The notes: a model not told the origin generated them from the sequence alone. DNA of 64,000 nucleotides from Octopus sinensis (GCF_006345805.1 NC_043000.1:55056001-55120000), one strand, 5' to 3'. Shown: positions 37,560 through 51,855, numbered from the stretch's first letter. Numbers and translations are program-made.

Positions 37560-38127
37560 ACGGAAAGAGAAAGAAGGTAAATTTTTTTCACAGAAAAATG
37601 TTGTGGTCAGCAGCCCGGTAGATGAAAATGGTACTCAAATTATGGGTTACCGACAACGTATGTATGATCATTGAAGAGAAAAGTGATTGTTTCAAATCAC
37701 GGAATAGAGACTATGTGATCAAGCTAGAGTAATAAGAAAAAATCGTTGCTTCACAGAAGTAGAGCTCGAAGCTATCAAAAGAAGGGTCTTGGAAAATAGC
37801 AACAGAGATAACGATAAAAATACAGGTCTTACTATTAGGAGTAATCTCATAACACAGGAAAGAAGCAATGGTAGTATGCTTGGCGAGTGACATATAGATG
37901 ATCTAAACGAAAACAATATAAATAATGGTGACATGACAGATGAACAAAAGGCAATCTATGACAGAATAAAGGCAAAATTACCGGAGAAAGATAGCGACGT
38001 TATTTGCAGACTTAAAAAGGTTGGTCGATGGAAATTGAACCAAGAAACGGAAAATGTCAATGAAATTCTGAAATACATCACAACACAAAACATCACAGAA
38101 ACAAATAATTTGATCAAGTGTATTTGA
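37560..38127 (+). pseudogene. R4/Dong-clade (RLE) non-LTR element, N-terminal fragment
   Basis: GYRQRMYDH*..RLCDQARVIRKNRCFTEVELEAIKRR and ITETNNLI. Confidence 0.65.
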
Positions 38128-38129
38128 GT

Positions 38130-39560
38130 TTGTATTTTGTGTTGTGTGTGTAATCCGTTGGGTTTTTGGCCTGCTTGTGGTAGTTTATTCATTATATATT
38201 TGCTATATAGATTGTGTCCTGTGTTTGTAGATTGCTATGTTTATGTTGAATTGATAGTGTCTTGTGTAGGATGCGAACTGATCCTAGCATGGTGGTTTTT
38301 GGGATAGTGTACAGTATTGAGGATCAATGCATAGCTTCTACGTTTTTGATCATATTTTTTATCATGCCTAATATTCCAATTCGAACTGGAATATTGGTCA
38401 TGATAAAAAGTAACTATTATCATTTTCACCTTCATGCTCCACATTTCGAATATTTCAATTTCGAGGACTTTCTAATTTGACAATCCCTTCACTGCCCTGT
38501 GGACAATATTTTGGTCAGAAGGGACTGCAATATCTATCTGCAAGCAGATGTCTTTTCTCTGATCCTTGATTATTATGTCTGGGCGATTAACTTTTATTTC
38601 TTCGTCGGTTTGAACAGCATTATCCTAGATGATTGCGGCTGGGCCGTTGTGTTGTACCTTTTTGGGTACATGGTTATATCATTTATTGTCAGTTTTATGT
38701 TTTGGTGTTGGCATATTGTCCAATGGATACAACTCCTACACTCGGTCGTGTCTGTGTATATGTATTCATATTTGACAAGAACTGGAGAGCCATATCTGTT
38801 GTGGTCAACTGTCTCATTATGCTGGTTGCGTATTCTATATTTGTGCTTGGGCCTCTTTTCATTACTTTGGTTTTATAGTTGCTCGTAGTCAGATATTGGT
38901 CTTGTGCAACAAGAATCAGTCTTCCTGTTTCATATTTTAGTACAGAGCTTTTACTTAGGCTCACTTTCTCTCTGTTAAGCCCTGCATGCCACGGAATAAT
39001 TTTTCTTTCCATTTCTTCTTCAGTATGTTTGTAGTTCTGTTTTCATGTTGTCTTCTTTGTTTATTAGACCATTTGTGCTATGTTGCCATCTGAGCTCAGT
39101 GTACCAGAGTAGCTTGTTTCTGTTTTGTATTTTGTCGTTTCCTTCTGTATACAGAAAAGCTTTTCCTTTCTTTTTCTAGTGTTGTTTTATTACATATAAT
39201 AGTCTTCCGCTTTTTGTTTCGAAGTACTTTTCTTGTCCAAATGTTACTATTTTATAATAATCCTCTGGCTATATCAAGCCATGGCCTGATTCTGAGCCGG
39301 GAAGATATAATATCTGCGTTTGTTTTCGGCTGGTGACTTCGGCGTCCTCTTGATAGTTTTCTGGTTTTCCTAACTTTTTCACTTCACTAATCTTCCAGTT
39401 TGTTATGTTGAAGCTGTAATTCATGACCGGTATGGCTAGCGTGTTTATCACTTTTATCTTATTCTTAGTTTTTCTTTTTCATTTCTGTGTATGTTTTAAT
39501 ATGTTTTAATTTCAGCGGCTTTGTAAATTTTGGGGTACATATTTTATAGAAAACTTTGCT
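38130..39560 (-). pseudogene. R4/Dong-clade element C-terminus with RLE endonuclease remnants and 3' UTR
   Basis: INTLAIPVMNYSF, LYLP..GGHGL-like, ETGRLILVAQDQYLTT, EIKVNRPDIIIKD..LQIDIAVP. Confidence 0.8.
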
Positions 39561-40179
39561 TTTTCAGCACAATTTTAATTACAGGAATGGCTCCACTTAC
39601 ATCGTGTTTAAACTACTGCAGCCAGAGCAGTTAGCCATGCGATGCATCTGTCACTCTCATTATAAGTAGCAAAGGCCTACAAATAATAAACTCAACAACA
39701 ACAATAACATCAACAACATCAAGAACCCCACTAGCACGAGCATAAACAGAGGCAACTCCAGCAATGCGTTAACGAACCCAACAACAACAATATTAGTGTG
39801 ACCAGCAGCCACAATACCAGTATTAATAACAGTTTTCGTTCTTTATGTTGCTGTTGTTGGCGCCTATTTGTATATGTCCGGCGTTTGCATAGTATGCATT
39901 AGAATTTCAACCAGTCACCAGATATTTGAAATATCTATACAGCCTTATCTTCATCGTGTAAGATACATGTATATCTAAATTCTCACACATTTACATTCCT
40001 GCCATCTGTATTGTTTGCTACGTATTGGGTGTCCACTGGATTACTTAATCCAATTAGGAAATTACAAAGAATTGAAGAACTTTACCAGTCCAAGTAATAT
40101 TTCGATGATTTCTCCGCTTATGCTAGGTTTTTCTCACCTACTATGTATGTACATAGAGACTTAGTTATTTTAATATTTC

Positions 40180-40210
<31 letters not shown>

Positions 40211-40225
40211 CAACTTGTGTATTAA

Positions 40226-40310
40226 GTCTACTATTAGTTTCATGATAAGGAAACATATCTCGATATCTTAATTTTTTTCAAGCCGATCGCATGTGGAATG
40301 GTGCCCATCT
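40226..40310. mobile_element. One end of an element related to the 63191-63328 MITE
   Basis: Preceded by TTAA; shares gtttcatg(a/t)taag and ttttcaagccgatc(g/a)catg; the other end was not found. Confidence 0.45.
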
Positions 40311-41324
40311 CCATTGTAGATAAAGGCACAAAGTCTCGTTAAATTCGCGAAGATTGTCCTAAAGCACACAATAAATCACAGAAACTGCTCTGGGATAACA
40401 TCCTTTGAGTGGTTATCTCCCTTGGATTTGACTTATGGGAAAGCAGTCATGTTGGCTGGTAAATTTGTTTGTATTGTCTTATCTTCAGGATGCATATGAT
40501 GTTCGTATGTTTGTATGCTAAGGTAGATCGTCATATAGCCATATTTCCTTTGTGTTTGGAGTTGGTGTGTTTTGTATATTGAAATTTCACACTCAGGAAA
40601 GAGGCTATCCTGCAAACTATTACGCCAGTTCACTGCCTTCTAGATAATAATTAATACTGGCTTTGCATATCACTTTAGTGAACTTATTCAAACTACACGT
40701 GTGTTTGTAGAATTCGTCACGCCTCACAACGGGCCGTTCGATTATTCTTTAATTACTGTGCGATGTCTCTGGACATCCAAGTTCTGCACACTCAAGGAAA
40801 TATAACGAATAAGGTTTCATATTTAAATTCAAAGTCATACTGTGAATGAATTTAAATAAACGCCTTTCCTTCAACTCGTTCTTCTCTTATTATTTCAGCA
40901 ATGCTATTTTTATCCTTCAGTTTCCTTCGCACCCTTGTTTTAACCTTTACCTCAACCTCGCTTGCTTTTCTTCCTCTTGTCTTTTCCTTCTCCGTCTCTC
41001 ACTTATATTTTCTTCCCTATCCCTTCCTCATTTCTTTGCTATGTATACAAGCTTACGTCCTCCCGTTGTCTTGTATACTACATTGGTTGCAACCAGTGAT
41101 TAAAACATGGAGTATGTAAAAATATATTGTCTTTTTTTTTTACTCCTTCTTGTCATGTCAATTGTGAACAAGGACTTTGACCAAAATGTCGGATGCACAA
41201 CACCGCCATGACAAATTCACTATACACTTTCTGTTACATTTTCAAATGCAGATGATACTCGTTTAGAACAAGTAGTTTTACACCAATTACACTATTTTTC
41301 TTAGTTTAAAGGCCGTGGACTGAA

Positions 41325-41575
41325 GATGTGAAATTTCCGAAGCCTCTCCCCCACCTCCCTTTCGCGAGCGCGCATTTTTTTCATGATAGTCGTTTAGAGC
41401 AAGTTGTTTTACACCTATTACGCTGTTTTTGTTTTTGTTTTTGTGCCCGGTTCAGACGCTTTCGGAACTTCCCGATGTGAATTTTCCGAGGCCTCTCCCC
41501 CACCCCCCTTTCGCGTGCGCGAATTTTTTTTTCATATTCGTTCATAGGAAGTTGTTTTACACCTATTACACACAT
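41325..41575. repeat. Imperfect ~100-bp direct repeat, period 149
   Basis: gatgtgaa(a/t)tttccga..cctctccccca..tttcgcg..aagttgttttacacctattac occurs twice. Confidence 0.8.
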
Positions 41576-42559
41576 TTTTTTTTATTTTCTGATAATCGTA
41601 ACGCCCTATATTAACCCTCTAATCTACATTAGGTAAAATATTAGACACACGATGCTTGCTCAAAAGCGCATAAGTTTAGTGTTTTTAACTTATGCTCTAT
41701 CAATCATCGTCGAATTTTGGGTGAAACATCTAGAGATAAGAAGTAGGAGATTATATGAGCACTTCGCAGTAAATGATAGCGGAAGAAATATTTGGATAAT
41801 CAAAAGAGTTTGAAACCTATTCTTTACTGTGGGATATCTATGTATTTTGTTTACAAGAAGTATTAGCGGGTTTATCTTGCATAAAATTCAAAGAAGTTGT
41901 AAAATTTAAGTGTTTCAGTTAATAATAATAAGTATGAGCAATTGAGATCACAACGTTCAACTTTGTTTTATTAGGATAAAATAGTAAAATCTGGGAAATT
42001 GCAGAAACTATATCGTTAATAAGGTAATAAGAGAATGACAATTTGATTGTTGATTTTTATATTTTCATTAGTTTACGTCTGTTGTCATTGTAGTTGATTA
42101 CAATCAGGTTATCTCTTATCGTCTAAAACCTATGGCCACATGTAATACCTTCATGTCAAAATCACCTGTTGCTTATTTCGAAATGGAACCTGAACTACGT
42201 CTGCTAATGCATTCATTTCGTTTTATTATTTTTCATAAATTTACATGGTAGGGTGGGTGTGAGAGAGATTTGTATGTTATCATTAACATGTAGTGCTACC
42301 ATATTGCCGCTTCTTTACTGGGTTGTTCAGAAATTGACTGATACTGTTAACACCAATCTGAAAACTGCTTAAACAGTATTCTTTTGTAGAACGGCTTTTA
42401 AATTTATTTAAAGTTAAATATCATCTAAGAGGATGCATAGTTTAATTGGGCTACAGAGCAGACATGAAGACGCAATTTGCTTTGTCATAAATTGTTATGC
42501 TGTCTTTTTAATTTAAAAATTGTTATCATACAAATAGAAATGTGGCTCTCATACACATA

Positions 42560-42595
<36 letters not shown>

Positions 42596-45344
42596 AATAC
42601 GCACATATACACACACACAGAAACGTGCGCTGACATACTCAAACAGAAACAGACACACTCAAATTCACACACATGCGTACATTCAAACACACACTAAAGC
42701 ACTCAAATATTCATTTGTTCTTATTTATTGTATGGCGTTATTTCTCTATAAGTTATATATAAAATCTTGTATTCCTATTTAACCTGTATAAGAAGTCTCA
42801 TATTTTCAATCATCTTTTGTATTTTTTAAAAGTTCTATTTTAGTAGTTCTCGTATATTAAATTAAATTAAATTACAGGAGAGATACTATTTAATAAGTAT
42901 CGCGTCATAGTTTTAGACTCAAATACATGACACTAATAGTTGTGTATAACATTTCTTTCGATCAGTGAAATTTCAATATGTCGTTTAAATTTACTGCTAT
43001 TAGGTTTCATATTTCATATGAAATATATAGAGTTTAGTCATGAAATAAAATTTCAAAGCAAGTATTAGCAGTTTACATTTTAAGTTGTTTGAACTGTCAT
43101 TTATATTATGGAATAAATATTTAGAGGTTATACTTATAATCAAAATGTTCTATCAAAACGAAGACAGTTTTGTTATTAAAAGTGTTTTAGCAAAAAGTTT
43201 AATGCTTATCTTAAATATTATCTTAAATATATATTTTTTATCAATCTTCGAAACAACTTCTGAGAATGGCATTAAGTAAAAGTTTGTTTGGAAGCAGTAT
43301 ATATAGAATAATCTACCTGAATACTGTAATTGGTATATATGCTTTACGGAGAAATAATTCCTGTGACAAAAGTGTAAGCGTTGAGGTTAGTGTTAGCTTT
43401 GAAGAGGTACACATTGGATGAAAAGTGGGGAGAGATTCGTAACTCAATAACGCCTGATGAAAAGTGAGACAAGACCATTCTGCACAAGGAGTCGGAGACC
43501 ACTGTAGGTTCATTGATAAAAGTAGAGGGAAGTGTGTCTGTAAAGCGTGTTTGTGAGCGACTTCGTGTTAGTCACTCCATTAGCGTTTCTTTCGGTGCTA
43601 TACAATTAATGTTCCTCGTTAAATAGAAAAAGCAGAAGTAGCCATTCTATTCATATTGTTTATCAATAATGGATATTATTAGTGATAATACTATTGTAGA
43701 CAGAGTTTTTACGTATTGCACTGTATATTTCAATGCTGATTCTTAACAATAAATACACTTATCTAAATGTTAAATTTTGAATTCATAGAAATATGTAAAG
43801 AAGTCGGAAAGTTTGTTCATATCTTTCATATATTCATTCAATAATTATAGGGCCTCCAACTGAGGAATATAATTATAATACAAAAGTAAAAGTTTATTTA
43901 CAATACATTTACAAAAAGAGCGTTAAAATATATATTTTCGCGAAAAAAACATCATCCATTAAAGAAATACATTACACTATTTTTTGTATATCTCATTGAA
44001 AAGCGAATGCGGATATTTCGTGAAACAAAGTCCATAAATAATTACTACCTCCACAATGATGCAAGTACCGAAACTAAATAAATAGGATGAGACTAACGGT
44101 AATAGAGCTACAACGGTAATACTTTCAATGTTACAGCACGCCCCTTTTCAAAACTGATATAGAAATCAATAACAAATATAGAAAAACAGATACTGTAAAT
44201 GATTTATGAAATCATATTCTAAATGATTTACGGAATCAGCTTTCTAATATTTCCTAAATCAAGGTTTATTGGGCCGGATGCAATTCTTGCAGTATGGAAG
44301 TATGGATCTTAACGTTCTAAATTCGATTCCGGGCGCGCTCGACTGTATCAGTTACATTAGACGCAGGATATAGGACTGCAGCCTCATGAGTAACAAATCA
44401 GCATTCCATGTCCCTAGCTGCCTTACAAGAACTAAGGACTGCTACAAAGAGACCGACGTACCATTTATGTTTCCTTCTAAGTCGAATAGTCTTTTTAATA
44501 TGCAAGTCAAGAAGAAAAATCACTACCAATGTCCCTGTGAAGGATGATTTTGCACAGGGACGGAATCATCATGTTATACACACCGTGAACTTGACAAACA
44601 ATCGCACGAAATAGTTTTTCCAGACTTCAATCTACAATCGCCACATAACGAATATTTGTAGTTTCCAAACCCGAATTTGTACACTTGTCTGCAGTGCAAC
44701 AAGTTTGTGAAAGAAAGATCTTGAACAAAACATTGGGGGATATCATTCACAGCACCTCAGTCCAAAGCACGATTTCGTATATAGGAGGTTGACTCTGGGT
44801 GTTGTACTACCTGCGAGCAGTACCATCTCCCAAGCTAAAATGGATTATTTGATCGCTTGCCAAACGAAACAATGTCAAACTTCTAGAATCATCTTAACCA
44901 TCACTTCTAATAAATTACGGTTCCATAAACAGCATTTCAAAGGAGAAATCCTATATATTGATATCCGGTTGGGATCAAACGCCATACAATTCCTCTCCAA
45001 AACTAACCCTTTACAGATACTACTGACTTAAAACAAATTGAATACTGATTATGCGAATTCTTTGTTCTACCTTTAAACAGTGCACACAGAGTAAACACGC
45101 ATTTCCCCTCTTACACATACACAGTAACAAATACACACTCACACACATATGCATGCTTCCATACGTGCATCTATCATACCCACACACACACACACTCACA
45201 AACACGTACAGACTCATACACATACACACATACACAGATATACTAACTGTGACCTTTCAGTCACTGATGTCGCAAATTCTAGTAGAATGTTTACGACGGA
45301 AGCAGTTTTTGTACCAACTGACAATCTTTATATCCTACTAAACG

Positions 45345-45660
45345 CGGATGAATATTTAGAAAGGGACATTCTGCGGTATTCACCTCTCAGTGGTCCACTC
45401 ATTCAGACGTAGTATGCAAAGAGCATAGACATATAGCGTAGCAGGAAAAAACCGTCTAGTTACTGTTAATCTATATATCGTTGGCAGTGATATCTGGTTG
45501 GTACGCTGAATTCACGTGATCTGGCACTTATGGCGCTCGTACCAGATGGTCTTTGTCAGTACCGATATATGATAGTGCTCTTAGTAACCAATGTCTATAT
45601 GAGGGTACCTCCCTAGGTGAATACCGCAGTATTCTGCCTTCTAATAAGTGTTCCCCGTGT
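45345..45660. repeat. Imperfect ~70-bp inverted repeat (foldback or MITE-like)
   Basis: ctgcggtattcacct (+, about 45371) and aggtgaataccgcag (about 45616), with flanking similarity. Confidence 0.6.
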
Positions 45661-45765
45661 AATTTGGTATAAAGAGTACCATTTGGCAATAATATCCCTT
45701 CTGTCACTAATATTAGTAATGCACACGCACACACACCCACGCACATACATACATACATACATACA

Positions 45766-45796
<31 letters not shown>

Positions 45797-45921
45797 GTAT
45801 GTATGTATGTATATATATATATGTGTGTGTGTGTATAACTATAGTTCTATATCTAAGAGATGAAGAATTATGTACATTATTTACGTTTGAGGTGTATTTG
45901 TCCTCATATTGTTCGTTGTTA

Positions 45922-45965
45922 ACACAACATTTCAGCTGATATACCCTCCAGCCTTCATCAGGTGC
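45922..45965 (-). ncRNA. Hammerhead family 1, copy 2 (CpG-decayed)
   Basis: Reverse complement: GCAC-CUGAUGA-A-GGCUG(gaggguauau)CAGCU-GAA-AUGU-U-GUGU. Confidence 0.65.
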
Positions 45966-46057
45966 ATTGGGGAAATTTCGAACCTGAGTTCTCATTCCTA
46001 AGGCATTTTGTCGATGGTATAATAATAATAATAATAATTATTATTATTATTATTATT

Positions 46058-46132
46058 CAGGTCACTGCCTGGAATCGAACTCGGAAGCTTGGGGTTAGTA
46101 GCCTGCGCTCTTAACCACTACACCATATGCCC
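46058..46132 (-). promoter_or_regulatory. tRNA-Ser-like Pol III head
   Basis: Reverse complement: gggcatatggtgTAGTGGTTAAGagcgcaGGCTACTAAccccaagcttccGAGTTCGATTCCaggc. Confidence 0.7.
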
Positions 46133-48724
46133 TAACAAACAAAATGAGGACAAATCTCCATCAAATGTAAATAATGTAAATAATGTATATAAAATTATCT
46201 ATGTCTGTATATACATACACATATAGATAAATAGATAGATAGATAGATAGACAGATAGAAAGCGAGAGAGAAGGAGAAAGAGGCAAACAGAGAGAGAGGG
46301 AGAAAGAGGCAAAACGATTGAAAGAGAGTGGGAGTAAGAGTGAGTGAGACAGAGTGGGAGGGAGAGAGAGTGAACGCAGAAATGGAAGTGTCCTAAGAAT
46401 GTGGTTTGTTTTTCGATTAACTCGAATCTTATTCCACTGCAGACTCTCGTCTTCCATAAGGCTACTTTTATAACCACTCTCTTCCCCCTATATACAATCA
46501 ATCTGTTTTGCATTCCCTCCAACGACCGCCACTCCTATACATATGATATCACTCCATAATGTTCTGCCCCAAAGTATCATCTACATGCACCCTGGAGAAA
46601 TTGTGCAAAAACCATATTTACTTTATGAACGACAACTTCGTTAAACATCCTCCAATTATTTTATTGCGAAAATCTCAATTTTAAAAGCATAAACATATTA
46701 TTACTACGCTTATCTAGGAAACATACTCGCAACAACTTCATTAACATGAACAGCAGGCAACTTAAAAGAAACGCCAAAATCGATGCACAAGCTTCCCCAA
46801 AGCCGGATTTTTTTCTTGAAGAATACATTTTCTCAACTTTACAATACAAAAATTGAATCACAAAAAACTAGTGAAATTCATCGCAATAGAAAATACCTCA
46901 TCTCCTGAAAAGAACTAGTCTGCTAAAATAATCAAGGTGTGATCCACGTATTGATACAATGTTCCATATCTGCGACGATTTTCCTGTTATTTATAAACAT
47001 CTTAGACTGTATTCAATCAACGTTAATATGTGTGATAGGCATACATTGTTCATCAACAAAGAAACACCTGGCTTGCAAATATGGTTTGTCCTTTTTCAAG
47101 TTTTTTATTTAGATATACAAGTGTCTGATTCTCTGAAATGACTCGCTTTGTGTGACAATATGAAATATGAAGAAAAACAATTTGGACCGCAAACGAAGAA
47201 ATTTTGAATTTTATTTCTCTCAGTTTTAAATTCTTTGTCGGTCCTGCGATGATATATAGGTATTTGGTTGGAACATAAAATTAGGAAATAAGAAAGCGTC
47301 TAGATTTACATCGACATATTTATCATTGACGATCGAACCAAAAGTAGAATGAAGGGAGTGGGAGAAACAAAATAAAATTAAAACAGAGGTTAAACTGAAA
47401 TAAACTTAAATTAAAATTAACATAAAACGATAACATGAATAATAATTAGGTAAACAAATAGATTATTTTTTGCTAGTTAGACTGAATAAAAATTGCAGAG
47501 GGTAACTGATGCCACCACTTGAATGGGTGACAAAAGGACATCTCGTCTATTATACAACAGTGAAAGAAAGGGGAATGTAGTAATGTTGTTATGCGGGCAT
47601 GTGAATAATTAAGCCATATACCCGGAAGATAGTAACCTTATGCAATCAAAAATAAAACAAAGTTGTATGAGGGATATTTGTTAATAAGCTAATCGATGGA
47701 CAAAAATAAGAAATAATGTGCAGTGATGGAATAGCTTACAATTAAAAGTAGAGTCTATGTACAGCTTTTAGAAGCAAAATCTGGTGGATTGTAAACCATT
47801 CATAACAAAAAAAGGACAGTAAGTATCACCAAGGCTTACAAACAACCCCGTAAATGAAAGTCCAGATAATGTATGGAATATATCCAGTTATACGGGGTTT
47901 TCATATAAGCTCCATCGCATTTCTGGTGAACGTATAGAAAAATGAGGAAAGTACAGTTAGAGAACTGTAGACGATTGAGTGATGCAAAGCAATATAATAA
48001 TGTGAGCGGGTAAAAATTATCACACACACGTAGTATTATATAGGTAATACAAAAATGTCTTATGCCGATGTGACATCTCGGATTTTAAAAGCATATAAAA
48101 ATTATGAAACAGAAAAATTATATAAAGGTGCATACGCAAACATAAATCTCCTACACTAGATATACATTCAAAAAATCAAAAGTATCCCGTATCAGAATAT
48201 GCAGTTGTGTCGGAATATAGCAATATGAGACAAGTATTAAAATATGCCAAAATATTTATAATTAAATCAAATATTAAAATATCAATACTGCTAGAAAAGA
48301 CAAATAATGTTATATAAACAGAATACAGAACTATTACTTTGTTCGACCAGCAAAGAAAATTTAACAGTGAAGATTTTCGAGAGGAGACAAAAGTTGCCCA
48401 CAAACTAGACACCGTTGTGCAAATTGTAATGCAGAAAGAAAATGGATAGTTATTAGGATGTAGTCCTTGCACAAAAAGAGAAATGGGAGAGATAATGAAG
48501 TGATTTGCAACAGTACAGAAGGCAGGAACAAAGGAGAATGCTGGGTATTGCGATGAGAATCAGAGACAATAGTATACGCAACGTGGGAGGTTGAGAATCA
48601 AACAAAGAGAAAAGAAGACGGAAGGAAAGTTAGTGAGCAAAAGGGAGTGTAAAGAGGAAGGGAATGTGGCCGTTAAAGATTAATACTACTGTACAGTAAT
48701 GTAAATATGCATACATATATATTT

Positions 48725-48925
48725 TTATCTTTTATCTTTATTTTGTACGTAGTCATGCTGAAACAAGGACTTGAAGGATTTTAGTAGGTACGTATTTTTT
48801 AAGTCTATTACTTCTTCTATCGCTTCTCATAACGAACAGCTAAGTTATAGTGATGTAAACAATCCAAACCGGATGCCAAATGGTGGTGGTGGTGATGGTT
48901 GAGCAAACACAGACACAAAGACATA
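48725..48925 (-). mobile_element. Decayed 3' half of the 50010-type SINE
   Basis: gctaagttat..gtaaac..ccgg..caa..ggtggtg..caaacacagacacaaagac. Confidence 0.45.
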
Positions 48926-49289
48926 CACACCCACATACAGATACACGCGCATATATATATACTTAGCACATCTTAACATTGAGATTGCTCAATTCCAGGC
49001 AAGTGCAAGAGCATTAAGCTTCTGGGGAAAGCAAACGAATGTATAAGAACAAAACAAGAACCCGAAAGCTAAAGAATACGCATAAAATACGTGATGAAAT
49101 AATAATAATACAAGTACAACAGAAAAAGAATTATACATATACAAGAGAAAAACGCCTGTCTACTATACAACAAAACGAAAATAACTATACATTTACAACA
49201 CAAATAAATAAACGAAAGGACCTTTCGGATTTATATATACATATACATATATTAGGTTAGGAATTGATGTACAGGTATTATATATTAGA

Positions 49290-49960
49290 AAAAATAAGGT
49301 ACTCAGAAATCTGGATGGTTGTACATGTACAGATTTTTATTAATATATCACATGTTTTTATAAATCATATATATAGCGCTTGCATCTAGTTTAGTAAATT
49401 CTTCAGATTAAAATATTTTGAGGGGATTCGTCTCTTTTTATAGCATTATTGAGTGTGTAGGGGTGGAGAGAGATATAGAATAGTAAAGGAGGTTGAGGAA
49501 TGGGGAGAAAGTGAGTAAGAGTGTGTGTGTTCTTTTGTGTGTGTGTACGTGTGTGCCTGTGTATCTAAAAGGAGTGTCAATGGAAAAGAGAAGGAAAGAA
49601 AGAAGGAAAGAGAAAGAACAAAATGTATTTACATCTATACAGCTGGTCAGGTCTTTCAAAAATCATATAAATAGAAAACTAAAAGCGTGTATGGGAGGTT
49701 GTCCCTGAAAGGAGTGGTCGTGTTCGGTCCAACTGGAGTTTGAGTTTTGAAGAGTGAGAATATAGCGCTGTTCAAGGCGGTGTCTGATGTTTGTGTATCG
49801 TTGGTATTAGGCTGAAGACAGTAAAGTGTGAGGTGGAGTGGCCTGTAGAGCAAACATGAAAGGTGACAGGAGTATTATTTCGCAGGCGGTCATCCTGTAA
49901 GGGGTGTCTCCTGAGTGAAAATATGTATTACTGTGGGGGCAGGTCTTATCCAACTATTCA
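49290..49960 (-). mobile_element. Old GIY-YIG PLE fragment with GT/purine-rich 3' region
   Basis: NTPVTFHVCSTGHSTSHFTVFSL resembles TPVSRHFRSTGHSLQHLFVFGL at 3412. Confidence 0.55.
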
Positions 49961-50009
49961 ATCTTAACTTTTCTACCAGTGCAGTGACTCAAATACGGAA
50001 CTCTCTCTC

Positions 50010-50223
50010 TCTTTACTCTTTTACTTGTTTCAGTCATTCACTGTGGACATGCTGGAGCAGCGCCTTTAGTCAAAGAAATCGACCCCAGGACTTTTCTTTG
50101 TAAGCCTAGTACTTATTCTATTGGTCTCTTTTGCCGAACCGCTAAGTTACGAGACGTAAACACACCAGCATCAATTGTCAAGTGATGTTGGGTACAAACA
50201 CAGGCACACAAACACACACACAC

Positions 50224-50280
<57 letters not shown>

Positions 50281-50428
50281 CGACGGGCTTCTTTCAGTTT
50301 CCATCTACCAAATCCACTCACAAGGCTTTGGTCAGCCCGAGGCTGTAGTAGATGACACTTGCCCAAGGCACCAAGCAGTGGGACTGAACCCAGAACCATG
50401 TGGTTGGTAAGCAAGTTACTTACTACAT
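50010..50428 (-). mobile_element. tRNA-derived CORE SINE with internal microsatellite (recalled as octopus OR2-like; unverified)
   Basis: Head gtaagtaacttgc..gggttcagtccc, CORE caccttgggcaagtg, internal (TA/CA)n, distinct 3' half; second copy at 52735-53130. Confidence 0.75.
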
Positions 50429-50737
50429 TCCAAAATCCTATACATTATGCTTTATTTAACTCACAACACTAAGTAGATACAAAAAATGTTCGGTGACACT
50501 AATACAAGTTCTCAATAAGCAATAACCAAGGTGTAAGGAATACCAATAGGTAGTCCAACTGGAAAGAAACAGAAGTATAGCTGTGAATATGTTTATGCTA
50601 ATGTCTTTTTTTTGTATTATTTTTTCACAATATGTATGCCGACAGCAAATCTTTATATATACACATTCATGTATATATACATATCTATAAATACACATAC
50701 GTATAGCTAGAACCATGTATGTAGGAGTATATGTAGC

Positions 50738-50793
<56 letters not shown>

Positions 50794-51498
50794 TATATGT
50801 ATATATATAACATTTTATTTCTATATTATTGCGGCGTACGTACACCACTCCCTTATGTTGTCACATGTTACCTTTGTACGACTTCAAAATAGTTTCTCTT
50901 CCCTATCCGCCATTGCTCCTTTACCAAGCTATTTTGGCGCCCTCCGTTTCTTTCCCCCCTCTTCCTCCCATCCTCTTTAATTCCTTCTTTCTCTCTCTCT
51001 CCTGGTCATTGCTTCTGCCCTCTGCCTTCCACCCTCTTTAATTCCCTCTCTTTCTGTCTCTCTTTCTCCCTCTCTTACCCTCTTGCAACCTGCTGCTTCA
51101 CAAGCCATTCCGTTGGTGATCGCGGTTTGTTAACATCGTGTCCCCTCTGCCGAAAAGGTAATTGTTTCCACGCCTGCTGATAAGTTGTTTTTGTCTCATT
51201 TTGTCTAAAGTCGTAAGACACCCGCTGTTATCCTGTTTTTAACCATTATTGTTTTCAATGTTGTTCTGTTTTCTGTATTTGTATTCGTCTCGGTTGAGTT
51301 TTCTTTCCTTCTACCAAGAATTCTAATGCTCACAGCTTAGTTTTTCCTTGGGGCTGGCGGAGTTGGAGCAAATATCAGAATTAATCAACCGAAATTTGCC
51401 ATGATGATTCGGTTCTGACTGAAGATTGAAGGCTTCGAATGACTTGTCTGTTTTCCGTGTTCGTCCCTTTGTGTATTTCACGTTCTTTATATAAAAAT

Positions 51499-51572
<74 letters not shown>

Positions 51573-51818
51573 AGCAGACATATATTTAGATAGATAGATA
51601 GATAGATCGATAGATAGATAGATAGATAGATAGATATAGATGTATGCATATATTATAAATGTATGCGTGTGTATATTTGTGTGTGTGCGTGTGTATGTGT
51701 TTGTGTGTGTGCGAGTGTGTATAGTGTGTGTGTGTATGAATGTGTTTGTATGAGGGAGCATATGTATATGGATATATGTATGTGTGAATGGCTTCATTCT
51801 AATGAATGAAACAAGTAA

Positions 51819-51855
<37 letters not shown>

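Larger units (their letters stand above)
45865..46198 (-). mobile_element. Solo tRNA-head plus hammerhead element (PLE pLTR of the 8500-10460 family) with inverted tail
   Basis: Collinear with 8500-8715. 46133-46198 is an inverted copy of 45865-45920. Confidence 0.8.

Noticed and set aside
42295-42358. Possible 58-nt minus-strand exon (IGVNSISQFLNNPVKKRQY) with a ttttcag acceptor
   Set aside because: Weak donor, no recognisable protein, and no partner exons; needs RNA-seq.
49370-49410. Hammerhead relic at the 49290 PLE end; similar relics at about 51415-51450 and 58940-58975
   Set aside because: Only one of the two core strands survives in each.
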